From Octopus sinensis (lineage: Eukaryota): a DNA stretch of 64,000 bases. Both the position numbers and the translations under genes were made by a program. Below, piece by piece: positions 55,925 to 64,000 of this stretch (within the stretch, counting starts at the first letter, position 1; every line of letters begins with the position of its first letter). The notes under the pieces were generated by a model that was not told the origin of the DNA, did not search any database, and worked only from the letters and a program-made list of their open reading frames with translations. The DNA lies in contig NC_042997.1 of the NCBI RefSeq assembly GCF_006345805.1, positions 57,412,001-57,476,000 on the forward strand, given 5' to 3'.

Positions 55925-57440
55925 AATCACCACCTCTGTTGTATTTACCTACAATTCAAGATCTCTAGAAAGAAGCCATCAAATGGAACGGAAAGCAGTA
56001 AAGCAAAAGGAACAGAAAAGATATAAAACTTCATGCTTTTAAAACAGTTTGAAAGATAATTTTCAGAAAAAGAAAGCAAAATTGCTAATATTGCTAATGG
56101 AGTCTTCGACTTGGCCTGAGCATGGACTCAAACTCAAATGAAATGAAATGAACAGCCTTTGCTGACTAGTAAATTCTGGTTTGAAAGTTTAAAAAAATAC
56201 TTCAATTTACACACCATAAAAATGACTAGTGGAGCTGCCAGTGCTGACACAGAGGCTGCAATAAATCCTGAGAAACTGAAGAAAATTATTGCTAGAGGGA
56301 GCTATGTACAAGACCAAGTATACAATGTTGATGGAACTGCACTTTTCTTACAGCACAAACCTACAAGAACTTATTTCTCAAAAAGAAAAAGCAACACCAG
56401 GATTTGAAGCTTCCAAAAATCGTCTGGTGCATTTTCATAGATGAAATGTCACTGATGATATGAAACTAAAGCCCCTGTTCATATATCACTTTGAAAATCC
56501 AATGGCTTTTTAAGTTTAATCTACCTCTGATCTAGCATTCAAAAAAGAAGTCATGGATGACCAAGATCCTTTTTGAAGAGAGGTTTACAAACATTTTCTG
56601 CTATGCTTATAGAAAGATACAGTGCCAAACATAATATTTCTAACAAAGACTTGTTCCTTTCAGATAATGCACCAAGCAACCCAACGAACTTTTATAATAT
56701 AAAATATCCCCAAAAATACAACTTTGTTTCAGTGAACAGATCAAGGTGTAATAGCTAACTTAAAGGCATATTATCTGAGAACTTTCAAACTTATGAAGCA
56801 TTTGACAGAAAGGATAATAAACCTACAGTTAAACACTTCGGGGAAAAGATGCTTTGAAAACATATGGCTAGACAGTATTTGTGACTTTACAAGTTTTCCA
56901 CAAACAGAGATTTACATCAAATTCAGAAAGACATTGTCATCATTGTTTAGCATCCGTTTTCCATGCCGGCATGGGTTGGACGGTTCAACTGGGGTCTGGG
57001 AAGCCAGAAGGCTGCACCAGGCCCAGTCTGATCTGGCAATGTTTCTACGGCTAGATGCCCTTCCTAACGCCAACCACTCCATGAGTGTAGTGGGTGCTTT
57101 TTACGTGCCACCGGCACAGGTGCCAGACAAGGCTGGCAAACAGTCACAATCGGATGGTGCTTTGGTTTAAAAGAATCATAAAGGATGATGTGGTTGAGTT
57201 GCTTGCCTCCCACAAAGAAAGTTTAACTAACAAGGAGCTGATGCAGTTAGAACAAGCTGAGAATACAGAAATATCGCCAATTTCTATTTCAATTGTCTGC
57301 AAACAATATTGCTAAAGTGTTAGCACTTAGGTCAGCACATTTTAGCTGATAACAACACTAATCATGTATGAAACATTAAAATTACAAGGAGTTTACCATG
57401 AGCTCAGTTCATACACTGAACAGTACACTAAACATCAAAC
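55925..57440 (+). mobile_element. Decayed Tigger/pogo transposase, interrupted by an RTE fragment
   Basis: WFESLKKYFNLHTIKM..AASADTEAA..LKKII..Y..DQVYNVDGTALF..KPTRTY, KLKPLFIYHFENP, LFLSDNAPSNP. Confidence 0.8.
56937..57163 (-). mobile_element. RTE 3'-end fragment nested in Tigger
   Basis: catccgttttccatgccggcatgggttggacgg..gggaagccagaaggctgcaccagg, near-identical to 10-240. Confidence 0.9.
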
Positions 57441-57822
57441 AACTCTAGATAATCTTCACTTCTCAAGCAGATGATGATGAAGACAGTATCTCAAACTTCC
57501 ACCTCCACCACCACCTTCATATTACTGTCTAATTTTTGTGTAAGAACGTACTCTATTAAAATATTGCAATTCTTACTTATTCCCCAACATATTTCTCTTC
57601 GAACATTTTTATGAATAGATACACTGTATGTGCTTAAAAATGTTATACTCATGCATAAAAGTGTTTACATGGTCATTGCTTCTTTTTGCTTCCCTTCATG
57701 TGTTGGGATTTTTGAGTCAGAGCAAGCTCATCAGGAACACACTTCTGTAATGCAAAGATTTCTGCATAGAGATAAATATACATTTGTATACATACACATA
57801 GTTATGTGTACTATATATATAT

Positions 57823-57896
<74 letters not shown>

Positions 57897-58990
57897 TAAA
57901 TATATACAAAGATATATAAGCAAATACATACAGAATCATACATCTACATATATATTTACATAAATACAATTTACATACATTTATATACATACACAAACAT
58001 ATACATACGTTATAGACATTCACACATCTATACACAAACATACACACACACACACATATATATATCCAGAAACACATGCTGGTCCACATAGATTTACAAA
58101 TGCAATACTTGAAAACAGCACTGTATCCTGGACTCACTGGATGTTTTAGTTCTTACACATGACACTTATTCAGGCAACCTGATCTTGATGATAAAGTCTA
58201 GGCATGTTCCCATGCAGCATTCTACAGACCTCACAGGTCAGGTAGGTGGGTGTTTTGTCCACTTTCATATTAACTATAGTGATAATAATAATGGTGTGAC
58301 CAGAGCTAAAGTACCAAAATTTTCACAGAATCAACGCCTTTCAATCTCTCTCTATTGAGCTGGAAATTGTCCTGTGACGAGAATGGCCAGTGCTCAAGAC
58401 AATGACACCCACCATACCATATATTTATTCATTTGTTTATTCAAGGATGGTCTGTTCTGCCCAATTTAACAGCCAATCTCTCTCTCATGGATGCCACAAG
58501 TAAAAATAAAGAAAAAACACTCTGGGATAAATATGTCCAACTAAAATTTCTTCAAGGCGGTGCCCCAGCATGGCCACAATCTAATGACTGAAACAAGTAA
58601 AATGTGAAAAGAAAGATAAAAGAAAATTATAAGAGTGGATGTTTTGTCCACTTCCACCAGCAGAGCAGAACTCTAAAGAAATGGTGCCTTATTTTTTTAT
58701 CTGTCTGTCTGTCTCTTTAAAAGAACACATGCACACATACATGCATATTCATTCATGTTTGAGATATACTTATTTTTCTAACTTCTCCATTCAGATATAA
58801 ATATACAAATTTCTTTCACATAAGCAGAGACAATCTGACAGTGAAGCCATACGCACACAGACAAATTCACAGCAAAATGAAAATCGACACACCAACAAAA
58901 AGACAACCACACAACACCTTGCCCTGCATTCCTGTAATTTAGCATTGGAATTTCAGCAAAAGCACTGACACCATTCAGCATCTGTAAATT

Positions 58991-59105
58991 CATTTCACTA
59001 TTACTTACTGATATTCAGACATCATTTCTACTTTCATTTCACTACAACTTACTGATATTCAGACATCATTTCTACTTTCATTTCACTACAATTTACTGAT
59101 ATTCC
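58991..59105 (+). repeat. 44-bp tandem repeat x2.6
   Basis: catttcacta(ttac/caac)ttactgatattcagacatcatttctacttt at 58991, 59035, partial at 59079. Confidence 0.85.
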
Positions 59106-59429
59106 TTATCAAAAGCATTTCTCATTCCCTTAAGCTATTCTTCTATACCTATTTTCCTTGCATTACTGTAACAGAATTCGAATTTCATTTCACTATTACT
59201 GATATTTATTATCAAAATAATGTCTCATACAAAAAGACTGTCACAGAACGAACACCAAACAAATGCATAACGTGCAGATAGTCTTGTAAAGATTGGTAGA
59301 AAAGGAATAGCAAAGAGAAATACCATCTCACAAGAGAAGCTGAGAGTAAAAAGTTAGCCAATGTTCCAAGGCATAAAGATCAGAGACATGAGGGGTTCCA
59401 GATTGCAAGGGCATGTCTAAGAGAAAAAA

Positions 59430-59823
59430 GACATCGGAGGAAAGTGTGTACGGAGTGATAACAGCACCCGTGGTCTTTTAGATAATGAAAGTAAAGAGGT
59501 ATATAGAAGTACTATTTCAAGAGGTTACTGAATGAGAATTCATGGGAGAGTCTATCCCAAGTAGACCCAACAGAAGGACTAGTCAGTCACATTGACAGCA
59601 GTATTGTGGATAAAGTGATAAGGATATAAAGGCAAGAAAGACACCTGGTTCATCCAGAATCACCACTAAAATACTTAAAATATCCGGCAGTGTGGGATAT
59701 AGGCTAGTCATCTATATAGTTAACCAAGTAGTTGAGGAGGGTGTCATAACCAATAATTGGTGTAGCAGTATCAATTTCAACTACTACTAAGGCAAAAATG
59801 ACACACTAGAACAAGAAAATTAC
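59430..59823 (+). mobile_element. Decayed internal RTE fragment
   Basis: Homologous to the minus strand of about 1950-2340 (gtagacccaacagaagg.., ggtgtcata.ccaat.attggtgtagcagtat). Confidence 0.75.
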
Positions 59824-60620
59824 ATCATCAGCAGCATGCATTCATTGTCCATGCTGGTATGGATTGGACGGATTGACTAGGGCTGGCAAGCTGGAAGGCT
59901 GCACCAGACTCCAACCTGATTTGGCATGGTTTCTACAGTTGGATGCCCTTCCTAATGCTGACCACTCCAAGAGTGTAATGGGCACTTTTACATGCCACCA
60001 GCATGAATGCCATTTGCGTGACACTGGTATCTATCACAGCTACGATTTTACTTGGCTTGATGGGTAGTATTCTCAAATATGACATAATGCTAAAGGTTTC
60101 GGTCATTGCCTCTGCGAAGCCCAACACTCAAAAGGAGCTCAGCCATTTTGCCTCCATGAGGCCCAATGCTCGAAAGCTGCTTTCTAAATACTACGGCATG
60201 GGTGCCAGTATTAGCCACGACTATGATTTTACTTGGGTTCATGGGTCTCTCAAGCACAGCATATCGCCAAAGGTCTCAGTCATTAGTCATTACCTCTGTG
60301 AGGCTCAAAGTTCAAAGATCATGCTTCACCAACTCATCCCATGTCTTCCTGGGCCTACTGCCACCACAGGTTCCCTCCAGTTAGAGATCGGCACTTCTTT
60401 ACAAAGCTGTCCTCATCCATCAACACATGACCATACCAGTGCAGTCGTCTCTTGCACACCACACCTGATCCCTCATGTCTAACTTTTCTTGCAAGATGCT
60501 TACACTCTGTCGAACATGCACACTGATATTGCACATCCAGCAAGGCATACTAGCTTCATTTGTTTCAAACTTACGCATGTCCTTGGCTGTCACAGCCCAT
60601 GTTTTCCTGTTGTGTAGCAT
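59824..60620 (-). mobile_element. RTE 3' fragment (C-terminus + 3' UTR)
   Basis: ETWAVTAKDMRKFETNEASM.CWMCNISVHVRQSVS and RLHWYGHV peptides; 3' UTR like 1-530. Confidence 0.85.
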
Positions 60621-60622
60621 AG

Positions 60623-60671
<49 letters not shown>

Positions 60672-60674
<3 letters not shown>

Positions 60675-60960
60675 ATCACGTGACCGACCAGTCCATCAGA
60701 TGTAGTTACACATTGCTGGTCACAATGCGTTTGCATTGTTTTAGCCTTTGAAATGATGCCACCCCGCTGGCTAAGCGAGCAGGCCAACAGAAGAAAGAGT
60801 GGTGAAAGAGTACAGCAGGGATCACCACCCCCTGCCGGAGCCTCGTGGAGCTTTTAGGTATTTTCGCTCAATAAACACTCACAACGCCCGGTCTGGGAAT
60901 CGAAACCGCGATCCTACGACCGCGAGTCCGCTGCCCTAACCACTAGGCCATTGCGCCTCC
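60672..60960 (-). mobile_element. Young tRNA-derived SINE with intact Pol III boxes
   Basis: Minus strand ggaggcgcaatggcctagtggttagggcagcggactcgcggtcgtaggatcgcggtttcgattcccagacc; A box TGGCCTAGTGG (60940-50), B box GGTTTCGATTCC (60896-907); CpG-rich, followed by a non-tRNA body. Confidence 0.85.
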
Positions 60961-60974
60961 ACATATATATATAT

Positions 60975-61112
60975 ATATCTGTGTATCTTTCTGTTGAAGA
61001 GTGTAGGCTCGAAACGTAAAAGACTTGTTTTATTTCTATTCCTGAGCACCATACTAATACAATTGTTTGTTTGTACTCCACCTGCCTTCATCTTTTGTTT
61101 ATTTTCGTAAAG
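60975..61112 (+). mobile_element. Short repeat with a variant minimal hammerhead-like motif
   Basis: tcttt-CTGTTGA-A-gagt gtag gctc-GAAA-cg-TA-aaaga at 60986-61023. Confidence 0.55.
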
Positions 61113-61118
61113 CTTCTC

Positions 61119-61173
<55 letters not shown>

Positions 61174-61188
61174 ATGTGAATATATATG

Positions 61189-61225
<37 letters not shown>

Positions 61226-64000
61226 ACGGAGATATATACACCCATGTATACAGATATATATACACCAAAGTATACGTAGTTATATACACATGTATACTTA
61301 CATGTATGCACATGCACCTGTATACGTACATGAACACACATGTATATGTACGTGTATACATAGACACATGCATGTATCTGTATACATAGACACATACATA
61401 TGTATGCATGCAAACGTACATACACATGCATGCATACACAAGTAAACACGTACACGTAAACACATACACGTACACATTTGTATATACATACATATATACA
61501 CATGTATATAGAAACATACGTAGACATACATATGTATATACATATGACATACATTTGTATATACATACATATATACACATTTGTATATATATACATATCA
61601 TCAATGATGATGATATATAAATACACATGTGCATACATACGTGTGTATATATACATACAGATGTATATAAACGTACGTATAGACACATACATTTGTATAG
61701 ACACATAGGAATATACACATACACAAACATGTACACACGTACACGCGCAAGAGCAGACACATACACGTACATACATATACACATATATTTGCATATACGC
61801 ACATACATACATTCATATGCACACACACAAGCATACATATACATGCATACATAAATACACACATATATATGTACACACGCACGTACACACATACATACGT
61901 ACGTACACACATGTACTTACATATGTATACACATATATACATGCATATACTCATATACATTCATATGCACACACACATATACATTCACATGCACACACAC
62001 ATACATGCATACATAAATACACATGTATATATACATATACACATACACACATACATAAACACATGTACACACACGTACATACACACACATACATACGTAC
62101 ATACACACACACACGTATACGCACGCACATACACACATACCCATACATACATATATACACGAACGTACTTACATACATGCATACACATACGAGCATACAT
62201 ACATGCATGCATACACGTACGTGCATACATACATGTATACACGTACATACATACATACACGTACTACATACATACATACATACACGTACATACATACATA
62301 CATACACGTATACACGTACATACATGTATACACGTACATACATACATACATACACGTATACACGTACATACATGTATACACGTACATACATGTATACACG
62401 TACATACATACATACAAGTATACACGTACATACATACATACAAGTATACACGTACATACATACATACAAGTATACACGTACATACATACATACAAGTATA
62501 CACGTACATACATACATACAAGTATACACGTACATACATACATACAAGTATACACGTACATACATACATACAAGTATACACGTACATACATACATACACG
62601 TATACACGTACATACATACATACACGTACATACATACATACACGTACATACATACACGTATACACGTACATATACGTACATACATACACACATACACACA
62701 TACACGTACATACATACACACATACACGTACATACATACACACATACACGTACATACATACACACATACACGTACATACATACATACATACATACACGTA
62801 CATACATACATACATACACGTACATACATACATACATACACGTACATACATACATACATACACGTATACACGTACACGTATACACGTACATACATACATA
62901 CACATACCCACATACATACACGTATACACATACATACACGTAGACACGTACCCACATACATACACGTATACACGTACCCACATACATACACGTATACACG
63001 TACCCACATACATACACGTACCCACATACATACACGTACCCACATACATACACGTACCCACATACATACACGTATACACGTACCCACATACATACACGTA
63101 TACACGTACCCACATACATACACGTATACACGTACCCACATACATACACGTATACACGTACCCACATACATACACGTATACACGTACCACATACATACAC
63201 GTACACGTATACACGTACCCTCATACATACACGTATACACGTACCCACATACATACACGTATACACGTACCCACATACATACACGTATACACGTACCCAC
63301 ATACATACACGTATACACGTACCCACATACATACACGTATACACGTACCCACATACATACACGTATACACGTACCCACATACATACACGTATACACGTAC
63401 CCACATACATACACGTATACACGTACCCACATACATACACGTATACACGTACCCACATACATACACGTATACACGTACCCACATACATACACGTATACAC
63501 GTACCCACATACATACACGTATACACGTACCCACATACATACACGTATACACGTACCCACATACATACACGTATACACGTACCCACATACATACACGTAT
63601 ACACGTACCCACATACATACACGTATACACGTACCCACATACATACACGTATACACGTACCACATACATACACGTATACACGTACCCACATACATACACG
63701 TATACACGTACCCACATACATACACGTATACACGTACCCACACATACATACACGTATACACGTACCCACATACATACACGTATACACGTACCCTCATACA
63801 TACACGTATACACGTACCCACATACATACACGTATACACGTACCCACATACATACACGTATACACGTACCCACATACATACACGTATACACGTACCCACA
63901 TACATACACGTATACACGTACCCACATACATACACGTATACACGTACCCACATACATACACGTATACACGTACCCACATACATACACGTATACACGTACC
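61113..64000. repeat. Large compound microsatellite grading into 26-bp minisatellites (runs off the window end)
   Basis: tacatacatacatacaagtatacacg units at about 62400-62580; ccacatacatacacgtatacacgtac units from about 62960 to 64000. Confidence 0.95.

Noticed and set aside
60880-60960. Possible tRNA gene
   Set aside because: A/B boxes are present, but the head continues into a ~200-bp non-tRNA body and I could not fold a clean cloverleaf; treated as a SINE.
60936-63995. Very long ORFs (up to 678 aa) rich in Y/V/C/M or H/T/Y/I
   Set aside because: Translations of stop-poor CA/TA micro- and minisatellite; not genes. The same applies to ORFs at 11599-12299, 16867-17495, 18091-18378 and 57630-58137.
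62960-64000. Regular 26-bp repeat array resembling CRISPR
   Set aside because: Head-to-tail units with no unique spacers, eukaryotic context, no cas genes.

Overview
Eukaryotic, very AT-rich, repeat-laden genomic DNA. The SINE/RTE-LINE/microsatellite landscape looks like an octopus (coleoid cephalopod) genome; this is inferred from repeat style. The window holds one protein-coding gene, on the minus strand: a TENT4/PAPD5-7 (Trf4-like) non-canonical poly(A) polymerase. Nine coding exons could be placed by hand with GT-AG borders, between 40263 and the stop at 12365. The 5' exon(s) are not visible and probably lie beyond 64000. One internal exon (GNDxGRSSYG...) is missing, most likely inside the 100-N gap at 19837-19936. 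The rest is intronic or intergenic: a young, truncated RTE LINE (1-3078) whose ORF carries a C4HC3 PHD-type finger, many RTE/CR1 fragments, tRNA-SINEs, Tc1/mariner, pogo/Tigger, piggyBac-like and Helentron-like elements, and large TA/CA micro- and minisatellites. The most notable unannotated signal is a ~710-bp non-coding element in TENT4 intron sequence (17409-18120). It contains a complete type-I hammerhead ribozyme with an unusually long stem II, a series of hairpins, a 474-bp tandem period and a 143-bp inverted copy, which is the layout of a Penelope-type/retrozyme-like element. A second repeat family carries a variant minimal hammerhead-like motif.
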